A DNA stretch of 64,000 nt from Candidatus Poribacteria bacterium (lineage in GTDB: Bacteria > Poribacteria > WGA-4E > PCPOR2b). The stretch's first letter is position 1; the number at the start of each line of letters is the position of its first letter. The position numbers and the translations under genes were made by a program. Of this stretch, positions 42,738 through 51,736 are shown one piece after another. The stretch lies in the NCBI GenBank assembly GCA_965218095.1, contig OZ244587.1:5984001-6048000 (forward strand). Reading direction: 5' to 3'. The notes below the pieces were generated by a model. The model saw only the letters and a list, made by a program, of their open reading frames with translations. It ran no database searches and was not told the DNA's origin.

Positions 42738-43557
42738 GGTTCTGTTGACATTTGAGTATAAGGTTGTGGCATAATAGAAGAATGACGCCAATAACCTTAC
42801 CTGATGAACAATGGAATAAGATATACCGGTTTCTTCTTAGCTGTCCCACCATCTATGTTGGCGACGAAGCTGCTACACGCCGCTTCGTCGAAGCAGTTCT
42901 GTGGGTGACTCGTAGCGGGGCTCAATGGAGACTTCTACCAGACACCTATGGCAAATGGAACACCCTCTACAAGCGTTTTGCTCGATGGTGCGACAAAGGT
43001 ATCTTCACACAGATGCACTCCCACTTCGCCTCTGACCCCGATATCGAGTCGCTTATTGTGGACAGTACCATCTGCCGCGCTCACCCGTGTGCGGCGGGCG
43101 CCTTAAAAAAAAGGGTGGCACTGAAAACCAAGCATTAGGTCGGTCTCGGGGCGGTTTCAGTACAAAAAATCACATCACAGTTGACGGACTAGGCAATCCC
43201 CTAAGAATTCATCTGACACCCGGTCAGAGACATGACATAACTGAGGCGGAAGGGTTGATAATCGGATATAACAGTGAATATGTGATTGGAGACAAGGGGT
43301 ACGATTCGGACGCTTTTATCGCGGTTATTGGGGCGAATGGAGCGATTGCGGTGATACCGCCAAAAAGTCATCGTGTTGACCAAAGAACGTATGACAAACA
43401 CTTATACAAAGAGAGACATCGGGTTGAATGTTTCATCAACAAGATAAAATGGTATCGTCGTATCTTCTCTCGGTTTGAGAAGCTAGCTGTCCGTTATTTT
43501 GGATTTCTCAGCTTTGTCGCCACTCTTATATGGCTCCCTTGAAATGTCAACAGAACC
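42738..43557 (+). mobile_element. IS5-family (IS427-like) element, second diverged copy, 820 bp
   Basis: Same TIRs and TA flanks as 17177-17996; orfA/orfB overlap with TTAAAAAAAAGGG. Confidence 0.95.
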
Positions 43558-43834
43558 TAGTGCCCAGATTACCTGTTATTGATGCCTTGCCAACTTGTTC
43601 ATTCTCTTTTATAATAAACCTTGGTCCACCATTTAAAAATGATCTGTCAATCGAGTCTGTTTCAAGTCCATCATCGGAATTAAAGGATTGATGCCTACCT
43701 TTTACATATATCTTAAAAGAGTTGAAATCTGATAAATTGGGATAAGTGCCCGCCCGCTGAAACAATTGGAATTGGGCACCCGTCAAGGTCACACTCATAG
43801 CCAGCAGCAAACCCGCCAGCAGCAATATCTCCAT
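43558..43834 (-). pseudogene. Hypothetical exported protein fragment running into the IS5 end
   Basis: Signal-like LLLAGLLLAMSVTLTGA; its stop is supplied by the IS TIR. Confidence 0.4.
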
Positions 43835-43865
43835 ACGTCAAGCGATTTTCTTCTCTCTTTCATCG

Positions 43866-45074
43866 CTACCGCCTCCCTAAGATCCTCTCAAAAAGTGTGT
43901 CCAGGTATCGCTGATCCTGTTCTCCGTATTCCTTAGTAAGATACTCCTCTATCTCAGAACGACTGTATCCGTCTGCTAGCGTGTCCCGGATAAAAATCTC
44001 AATCGGATCTGTAACCACGTTAATTCCTGAAAGTTTTTCTGAGTCAGTTTCAGGTGGCTTGTCCCATTCCTCTTTAAATATCTCTGGCACTTCAAACTCC
44101 GAACTCAAACCGAACTCTGGCTTTACATCGTCCAGGAAGCTCGCGTTTGCCACGCCAAACACATTTTTGTAAAAGTTTTTCTGGTTCGTTTTCGCCGAAT
44201 CTTCGAACGCCTTGAGGTTGCGAAGGTTCACCGTCCAGCTCCGACTCCGACTGATATCGGAAAACACCCGCTCGTATGCTTTTTTATCGCTCTCTGCAAC
44301 CGATAACGATGCGAGGTATTCAGTAATTACTTGACTCCAAACAGTGCGGTACTCAGCCAGCAGCGGATCAGAAGTTGTTCCCATATCTACCCCTTTTTTT
44401 CGCATTTTAACCAAAATACTCTTCAATCGCTTCGTCGCTGACAGCATCTTCCATCGACTATCTTCTTGCTCCCGCATTTTTGTGGTGACATTCGTCATCC
44501 CGATGTTCCGCAATATCGATTTGGTCTTCGTATATTTGCCATCTCCCCGTTCCTTGTCTTGGTTTATTGCCTTAATCAACCTGTGGCCCATCGTGTACGC
44601 CTCTTTCTGCGTCTTTGTGCCCGCTGTTGCAACATTGAAGCCGCCTTGCACTGCTGTAGGCGCATGCGATAAATCCGGCTCAATATCCTCTTTCTTCGGG
44701 AGCTTAGCGTTGAGCTCTGCCTTATACTGATTTATTGCGATGTTCCTTAGTTGATCTTTCAGGTCGTCGTCGCCAGCATAGTTATTGATGTCCTCCAATT
44801 CCCGCAGAAATTTCTGGAAGTCTGTTTCCTCAATGCCGGATGCCTTTTGCAGAGCTGCCAGTTTGCCTAGTTGCGCTTGCTTTAATAAATCAGGATTATC
44901 AGGGTTCTCCGCTATCAATAAATTCCAGCCCTCAAAGATCTCATCCAGTCCTGTCTTCCGATTGTAATGCCCTCCCGAGCTGTCAGTTCCGCCACTGTGG
45001 GAAAAGGCACTCAAGGGAATCAGGGAAACCACACCAATCACAAACAACAAAACCTTCGTATGTCGGCTCATCAT
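43866..45074 (-). CDS. Hypothetical chimeric protein: signal peptide + partial YHYH-like motif fused to a helical, charged region
   Basis: AFS-HSGGTDSSGGHYNRKTG, then an abrupt switch to unrelated sequence; RBS AAGGAG. Confidence 0.6.
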   Translation of the reverse strand: MMSRHTKVLLFVIGVVSLIPLSAFSHSGGTDSSGGHYNRKTGLDEIFEGWNLLIAENPDNPDLLKQAQLGKLAALQKASGIEETDFQKFLRELEDINNYAGDDDLKDQLRNIAINQYKAELNAKLPKKEDIEPDLSHAPTAVQGGFNVATAGTKTQKEAYTMGHRLIKAINQDKERGDGKYTKTKSILRNIGMTNVTTKMREQEDSRWKMLSATKRLKSILVKMRKKGVDMGTTSDPLLAEYRTVWSQVITEYLASLSVAESDKKAYERVFSDISRSRSWTVNLRNLKAFEDSAKTNQKNFYKNVFGVANASFLDDVKPEFGLSSEFEVPEIFKEEWDKPPETDSEKLSGINVVTDPIEIFIRDTLADGYSRSEIEEYLTKEYGEQDQRYLDTLFERILGRR

Positions 45075-45103
45075 AATCTGCTCCTTATTTTTGGGAGTCA
45101 GGG

Positions 45104-45649
45104 CTATTGCCCAGTAGTAACAAAATAAATCGTTTCTTTTAACGGATTACCGGCAGCATCTGCAACATCGATTTCAACCGCGTATGCGCCCTCATGGATG
45201 AGTTCCAAGCCTGCAACCGCAGTTAGCATTGCTGTATTTCCCTGCACCTGTCCAATCCAATTGAAGTCAGTCCCAGCTTCATCAATGAGTCTGATACTTC
45301 CAGTGACATCCTCACTGAAATCAAACCGGAAGCCGCCGGCATTGATCGGCGCGGGGTCAACCATGTCCCCATCAATCACCGTACTACTGACGATTACCGG
45401 CGGTGCCACATCTTGAGAAGCTTTCTTAAATACCTTAAATACAATGACACTTCCATCATCATCATTGAGTGTTAGCGTATCCCCTTCTCTAACCCACATC
45501 CCCATCTTTACTACTTTTTCCACGGTGTTTGCTGTGTCGTCTCCAAAAGGAGACTCTGCTGTTAATGTTGTGAATGTATAGTTAAAACCATCTAAGGCAT
45601 AAGTACCCATAGCTTTGATTGAAAACAGTATTTGCTCAACCCCATCCAC
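45104..45649 (-). CDS. Ig-like domain protein, probably N-terminally truncated
   Basis: DVAPPVIVSSTV...FDFSEDVTG...IDVADAAGN. Confidence 0.55.
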   Translation of the reverse strand: MDGVEQILFSIKAMGTYALDGFNYTFTTLTAESPFGDDTANTVEKVVKMGMWVREGDTLTLNDDDGSVIVFKVFKKASQDVAPPVIVSSTVIDGDMVDPAPINAGGFRFDFSEDVTGSIRLIDEAGTDFNWIGQVQGNTAMLTAVAGLELIHEGAYAVEIDVADAAGNPLKETIYFVTTGQ

Positions 45650-45700
45650 ATGGATCCGCGCCAGGAGCGGAATGCCTAGACTGAAAGTTGAACAAACTAT

Positions 45701-45960
45701 TTATAAAATACTTAACTTCGCCCCATCCCAAGTGCCGGTGACATGCAGCCATCCTTGACCGATAACGGTTGTTGCAGAGTCGAGTCGAACGATGAGGTAA
45801 AACGTATGATCGCCTGCTGTCAATGCCACGGGCGTCGGATCGTCATACGAGCCGACACCTAGAAATGGGCCACTGCGACTGCTCAACCGGTACCGTGTAA
45901 ATTAATGGAGTATATCCTCCGGTGGCGGGTCGCCAGCCGGGAAGTTGTCGGAGTTTCCGG
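45701..45960 (-). pseudogene. Fused fragments: paralog of the 42272 protein plus a LamG-like piece
   Basis: GDPPPEDILH*FTRYRLSSRSGPF...LTAGDHTFYLI matches 42272-42622; then WLHVTGTWDG (LamG-like). Confidence 0.55.
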
Positions 45961-46113
45961 CTGCCTCATTGCTTTACGAATTATACGATTTCGATTTTGG
46001 GGATCGAAAGCGTATCAATTTTGGCCGAAGTCGTCCGTGACGTGTAACGATTTTATGAGACTAACGGCAAAAATTAAATTCGCAGCAATTTCTGCTGCCA
46101 TTTTCAAAGCGGG

Positions 46114-46142
46114 ATTTTAGCACTCTTTCTATTTTATGTCAA
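46114..46142 (-). promoter_or_regulatory. Sigma70 promoter candidate containing one CIRCE-like half-site
   Basis: Minus strand TTGACA-17 bp-TAAAAT; TTAGCACTC at 46117-46125. Confidence 0.45.
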
Positions 46143-46383
46143 GCATAAAAATGCCAAAAAATTTGCGTGACAAGCACAATCTGTCTGTAGCGCCCTCGCG
46201 CAATCTGTCAGATATCGGGAAAATGCGCTCGTAGCCTAAGATTCTATATCTTGGCCTTTGCAGCAGAACCAAGTTAGAAACTTGGACTACAATTGGATCG
46301 ACGAATCAGTTCGTCAACAGAGCCTAGTATACTGTAAAATAAATCCTGATAAATGACTTGTCAAGACTAATTTCACAGAGCAC

Positions 46384-48336
46384 CTAGCCCGGTGCAAAGT
46401 CGTAGATCGGCGCACGAATAATAACGCTCAACACGCTCCAGAACGCACCCACGCAGTACTCACCCAAAATCACACCAAAGAAAAAGAAGATTCCTTTCCG
46501 ATACCGCGCAGGACCTCCATATTTCAAGATAATCCATTTGATAATTGTGCTAATCACCAGGCAAGTCCAGAAATACTCGACACCGAAAGTCATCGAGATA
46601 GCATAACCAGCGGGGTGCAGGGGCCACCAGATAAATCACATGCGCATAATCATTAGTATGAAAGTGAAGATCATGCCGCCCCCCATGAAACTAATCGCGG
46701 GAACGTCGGCCTCCCGGGGAAAGGCGAAAAGTCCAGCAAGCCAGCGAAACTGACCGCGAACATGTCCGACGGAAGGTCCAATGCCGCCGCCTGCACCCGT
46801 CACCGCACCGCCTAAGCGGTAAAGCTCGGTTACGATTGCCCAGAAGAACGCGAGCGATCCCATCACAACGGCGATAACCATCGCCAGCCCAAGCTTCCTG
46901 GTATTCATTCGCCCCCGCTCCGCCATTTTGAATGCTTCCAATTGATGGGGCATAATGTGTTCACGATAACCGCGTCCACTAAAGAACCAAAAATAGGGAA
47001 AGACCGTCAGGTTATTCGAGCCAATGGGGCGTGTTCCCAGGATATTGATCAGGAACTGTTGGGCATTGACCATGCCCGCCATTTCATGTGCCGGGGGCCC
47101 CACTTCCGCACGAACTCGCGTAATGGCTAAAGAGATCGCATAGAAGAACCCGAAGAAGGGGGCAATAATCGGGAGCGTCATACCGGCTTGGAGGCAGAAC
47201 CAGATGATGAACAAACTGGAGAGAATGATCAGGAGGAGAGCCGTTCGGTAGCGGATCGGTTCCTGGGAATCGTCGATCCCATTTGGACTGCCGAAAATTG
47301 TACGGGCAACGTTAAACAGGTGTCTGCGTGTAACGATCAGTGCGGACATGAAGATCGCCATCCACGCGCCGATGGATTGCTCACTGGGGTAAGGGAAGGG
47401 AGATGGAATGCCCACGGCGCTGCCGAAAACACGCTGGAGTCGATTGACAATGAAGAAAAACTAGATTGAGAAGGAGAGATCAAGGGGTAGCAAAAATCCA
47501 AGCCCGATCAGAAAAGGATAAAAAGGGACGGGTACGGCGCCAACAGCGTTCCAGGGTTTCTCCGTAAAGAGGCTCCCCCAATTCCGGGCATTATGCCGGA
47601 CGCTGAAATCCGGCAGGATGGGATAGAAATGCGCTAAGCCGTGCCAGATGTCGAGCGCAGCGGCGATGATGAAGCCGTACCATAACAGACGATTTTGGAA
47701 AAAGCTGGACGTGCCGCCCCGCTCTGTGATCGCCATGGGTAGTTGAATGATTGGATAGGCGAGTTTTTCATGCTCAGTCCACTGCTTCCGAACGATCACG
47801 TTAAGACAGATCATGATCGTTCCGAGCGCAAGGATAAAAGCCGTCTACCATAACGTCGGACCGATCCATGCTCCCAGAATCGTCTGCGTGTAGAATGGTG
47901 TATCTCCTTCATAGAACCCGCGGATAATGTCCTTGTCAGAAACAACGAGATGTTTGGGAATATAAGCGTGAAACAGACCCGCCCAATCGTTTTCAGGCGT
48001 TGCAAACCAGAAGGCATGCGGAATAGCGGGAATGGTCAAAGCCAGGCTATCGTGTCCAGCCAATCCGGATGCGATCGAGAGCATCACATAGATCGTGATC
48101 ATCTCCCCCTGTGTGAGGGCTGTGTTCGGGGCGATCCGCTTGATGAACAGATTAATCAAGATCAGAATAAATAGGTTGAGAACGACATTCCAGAAAAGGG
48201 AAATTGTGGTTGGGTGTCCGGAATGCCAGACACACTCGACTTCAATGACCCAAAAAACATTCGGTGGGATCAGTAGGAGAGAAATTAGAATGGCACGCTA
48301 GGTGACTCCTGGTTCCTGAGGAGTTTTTTTTTGCAC
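46384..48336 (-). pseudogene. DUF6785/DUF6784-like polytopic membrane protein (putative transporter), about 650 codons with 4 in-frame stops
   Basis: All fragments share one frame from GTG 48336. Stops: GVT*RAIL (48298), PTLW*TAF (47845), SFSI*FFF (47461), MRM*FIWWPLHPAGY (46636). Confidence 0.88.
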
Positions 48337-48464
48337 GCTTCATCCCTAAACAAATACGATTGGATTCCCTTGTTTTCTGGCAACGGTAGTGCACTACATG
48401 TAATGCTGTGGAATGTGGTTGACAGAAACTTTTCGATGCCATGATCTTTACCTCGGCGTAAAAC

Positions 48465-48570
48465 GGTTCCACCACTTCGATCAGTGTTTGCCAGATGTCG
48501 CCCTTGAGGGGGATGTCGTCGCGGCAGCGTTTCCGGCGTAATCGCGCTTCAAGGTCGCCAGGCACAGGCA
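48465..48570 (-). pseudogene. Ldh_2 (malate/lactate dehydrogenase type 2) C-terminal fragment
   Basis: VPVPGDLEARLRRKRCRDDIPLKGDIWQTL resembles the V.VPGD.E......R...GIPL....W..L C-terminus. Confidence 0.45.
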
Positions 48571-48575
48571 CGACG

Positions 48576-49451
48576 TTAAAACGCCGCAATATTGAGGACT
48601 GTCTTTTCCTGTGGAGTCAGCGCCGCGATCTGCCCCTTGCTCATCTCGCGGAAATGCGTATTCGGCGGCACCTTGGCCTCTAGCCCCCAGAACGTGCGCT
48701 CCTCCAGCGTCATTTGCTGGCGAATTTCTGCTGGCACGAGGCGATACGAATCGTTGAATCCTTTCAGCCACCAGCGATGGAAGTAATAAACCAGAGAGTA
48801 CCGAGGGCTGTCGCCACAGTTGGCACCGCTCGTGTGCCACAGGGCCGAGTCCCAAAGGATGACCGATCCGGCGGGGGCTTCAGCGCGGATGTAGCCAAGT
48901 GGTAGTGTCTCGGGCTGTTCCGGCGGAATCTCGTTTTTCAGGTGCGAGCCTGGCCACAGATACGTGGCCCCCGTCTTTTCCGTAAACTCGGCGATCGCCC
49001 ATACCGATTGGATCGCCATCGCATAATGCTTTCCGCCAATAAACGGGTCAATGGTGAAGTGATGCCAGTCGGCGTGCAGGTACCCGCCGAGTTTCGTCCA
49101 GTCCTTTTTGCCCGTCGGCAGCGGCTTACGAATCGCCACGTTGTGAGCGAACATGTCGTCGCCAAGGACACGGCGGATGACCTGCACTGGCGTCTGATGA
49201 CGCAGGGCAAGCCCATAAAAGTACGGGTGCTTACCCTGAGCGTTGTAGCACATCTGCAAATCTTCGTTTTGTAGGCCGTACTTCGTCGCGGTTTCTCGCT
49301 CGGCGTCCAGCACCAGGTTAATCGCCTGCTTCGTCTTTTCGATCTCCTCTGGCGGCAATACGTCCCGAATGATGGTGTAGCCTTCTCTTTCCAGTTCATT
49401 CACGTGTTGGTCGATATCAAATCCAGCCATTTCAAATCTCCTTTGTGTCAA
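48576..49451 (-). CDS. Phytanoyl-CoA dioxygenase (PhyH) family protein
   Basis: LEREGYTII, LHADW, GATYLWPGSH, LWHTSG. Confidence 0.9.
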   Translation of the reverse strand: MTQRRFEMAGFDIDQHVNELEREGYTIIRDVLPPEEIEKTKQAINLVLDAERETATKYGLQNEDLQMCYNAQGKHPYFYGLALRHQTPVQVIRRVLGDDMFAHNVAIRKPLPTGKKDWTKLGGYLHADWHHFTIDPFIGGKHYAMAIQSVWAIAEFTEKTGATYLWPGSHLKNEIPPEQPETLPLGYIRAEAPAGSVILWDSALWHTSGANCGDSPRYSLVYYFHRWWLKGFNDSYRLVPAEIRQQMTLEERTFWGLEAKVPPNTHFREMSKGQIAALTPQEKTVLNIAAF

Positions 49452-49575
49452 TGTATTTTATACCATTATAGGTCATAACTTATACCACGACATTTTGCAT
49501 CCCTGACAGATCGGGATTTCGCCAGACTTATTCCGATGGATCGGAATCTCCGGTGTTCGCTATTTTCTATCTAGA

Positions 49576-50490
49576 TCAGATTGGGTTAGGCCAACGTGGG
49601 ATCAGCGGGTGTGGTTTTGAATGTACCAACTGCTTCTCCCACATACTTACCCATTCAGGATGGGTAAGCTCGCTCTCAGGTTGACTTCGGCTTCTTACGA
49701 TAAATCCTTCATAATACGGATGGCCGGTCGGCTTGGATGGATCCTGGTAGCGCAGATCTATGCTCCAGCGGGTGCGGTCCGAGATGTTTGGAATGCTTGA
49801 GTGGCAGGTGAAGTTGTGGAATATGATAAGACCGCCCGGCTTTGTAGGAAGTGGTTTTGGTTCGCCTGGGGGAAGCTCCTCATCCGGAATGATGTAAGTA
49901 AAGAAAAAGGGCGCTTTGTTAACGCTTTGGTGGAGGCACAGACCATGCTTATGGCTGCCCGGTATCACAGACAGGCAACCGTTCTCCATATTAGCCTCGG
50001 TAAAGGGGATCCAAGCTGTCAGAAGCAGAGTGTTATCGGCCTCTGGACGGAATACACCTGCATCTTGATGCCAGGGCACTCTCCTACCACCGTATCGGTA
50101 ACCATCCATATGCGTATTATCGCGCATCCGCGGGCGGACCACTTGAGTGGGATGACACAGAATCTCCGGGCCAACCAGGGACTCAATAACATCAAGTAGC
50201 TTGGGATTGCGCATCAGGTGAAACATGGCTGGACCCTTAGTCTGAATAGGGCCCAGCCCATCGGTAATGGACTTTGCCTCCTCAGCCAGAAGGGCAATGC
50301 GACGATCGAAAGGCTCACGCTCGTGAAGGGAGGTGATTTTGCCCTCGGCGTACAATTTGCGCGCCCTTCGATCTATAATACCTTCGAACTCCCAGATGAC
50401 GGGATTTAGATCCTCAGGGGCCAGGAGGTTATCGAGTTGGAGGTAACCCTCCTCGTGAAATTTGTCGATCTGAGATTGCGTAAGCTTCAT
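49576..50490 (-). CDS. Phytanoyl-CoA dioxygenase (PhyH) family protein, tandem copy A
   Basis: FHEEGYL, PWHQDAG, NGCLSVIPGSH, CHSS, RWSIDLRY. Confidence 0.93.
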   Translation of the reverse strand: MKLTQSQIDKFHEEGYLQLDNLLAPEDLNPVIWEFEGIIDRRARKLYAEGKITSLHEREPFDRRIALLAEEAKSITDGLGPIQTKGPAMFHLMRNPKLLDVIESLVGPEILCHPTQVVRPRMRDNTHMDGYRYGGRRVPWHQDAGVFRPEADNTLLLTAWIPFTEANMENGCLSVIPGSHKHGLCLHQSVNKAPFFFTYIIPDEELPPGEPKPLPTKPGGLIIFHNFTCHSSIPNISDRTRWSIDLRYQDPSKPTGHPYYEGFIVRSRSQPESELTHPEWVSMWEKQLVHSKPHPLIPRWPNPI

Positions 50491-50529
50491 CGTTATTTTT
50501 CCTCCTATTTGAATCTCTATGATACGAGA

Positions 50530-51444
50530 TCAGATCGGGTTAGGCCAGCGTGCAATCGGGGGCCACGGCTCTGAATGGACCAATTGTTTTTCCCACATGC
50601 TAACCCACTCAGGATATGTAAACTCACCCTCAGGGGCCTTTCGGCTTCGAACAATAAAACCTTCAAAGTACGGATGGCCGGTCGGCTTGGACAGGTCCTG
50701 GTAGCGCAGGTCTACGCTCCAACGGATGCTATCCGAGGCGTTTGGCATGCTTGAGTGGCAGATAAAGTTATTGAATAGGAGAAGGCCACCCGGCTTGATA
50801 GGGAGTGGTTTCGGTTTGCCCAAGGGCAACTTCTCCTCCGGGATGGTGTAGGCGGAAACAATGGGCGGTTTGTTGACGGTTTCGTGGTAGCACAGGCCAT
50901 GTTTGTGGCTGCTAGGTATCACTGCCAAGCAACTGTTCTTCATAGTAGCCTCGGTAAACGGTATCCAGGCTGTTACAAGCAGGGTATTGTCACCCTCTGG
51001 CCGTAAGACGCCGGCGTCTTGATGCCAGGGAATTCTTCTACCACTGTACCGGTAACCGTGCATGTGGGTATCATCACGCATCCGCGGACGAACCACATGT
51101 GTGGGATGACATAGAATCTCCGGGCCAACTAAAGACTCGATAAAATTAAGTATCTTAGGATTGCGCATCAGGTAGAAGATAGCCGCCCCCTTAGTAAAGC
51201 TAGGGCTGAGCCCATCGGTGAGGGATTTCGCCTCCTCAGCCAGGAGGGCGATGCGACGGTCGAAAGGCTCACGCTCGTGAAGGGAGGTGATTTTGCCCTC
51301 GGCGTACAATTTGCGCGCTCTCCGATCTATGATACCTTCGAACTCCCAGATGACGGGGTTTAGATCCTCAGGGGCCAGGACGTTATCGAGTTGGAGGTAA
51401 CCCTCCTCGTGAAATTTGTCGATTTGAGATTGCGTAAGCTTCAT
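50530..51444 (-). CDS. Phytanoyl-CoA dioxygenase (PhyH) family protein, tandem copy B
   Basis: Same length (304 aa) and motifs as copy A; RBS GGAGG. Confidence 0.93.
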   Translation of the reverse strand: MKLTQSQIDKFHEEGYLQLDNVLAPEDLNPVIWEFEGIIDRRARKLYAEGKITSLHEREPFDRRIALLAEEAKSLTDGLSPSFTKGAAIFYLMRNPKILNFIESLVGPEILCHPTHVVRPRMRDDTHMHGYRYSGRRIPWHQDAGVLRPEGDNTLLVTAWIPFTEATMKNSCLAVIPSSHKHGLCYHETVNKPPIVSAYTIPEEKLPLGKPKPLPIKPGGLLLFNNFICHSSMPNASDSIRWSVDLRYQDLSKPTGHPYFEGFIVRSRKAPEGEFTYPEWVSMWEKQLVHSEPWPPIARWPNPI

Positions 51445-51593
51445 CGTTATTTTTCCTCCCTTAAACCCCATGGCTGACGAGAAATTGCGGATTTCGGAAT
51501 ATTGTAACTTGGCTCAACGTGAATATTCAAGTAAAATCTGGGGAGCGCTTTTTGGGGTAGTAGCTTTAAATAGCCTGCAAATATTATAATCTT

Positions 51594-51709
51594 TGGTGCT
51601 AGTTTTGGAATGCGGATTCAATAACGACAGGCATAAAGCCCTGGACTACGGAGAGTGGTGTCGTAGTCGAGTCCCTTGTGGGCGTTGAGTTTGGTACGAA
51701 CTAGCACCA
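51594..51709. repeat. MITE/REP-like element of about 116 bp
   Basis: 11-bp IR TGGTGCTAGTT / AACTAGCACCA enclosing a GACTACG...CGTAGTC hairpin. Confidence 0.45.
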
Positions 51710-51736
51710 CTAGTTTATAGGAGATTGCATCAGGTG

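Noticed and set aside
46117-46143. Full CIRCE element
   Set aside because: Only one arm matches, and no chaperone gene follows.
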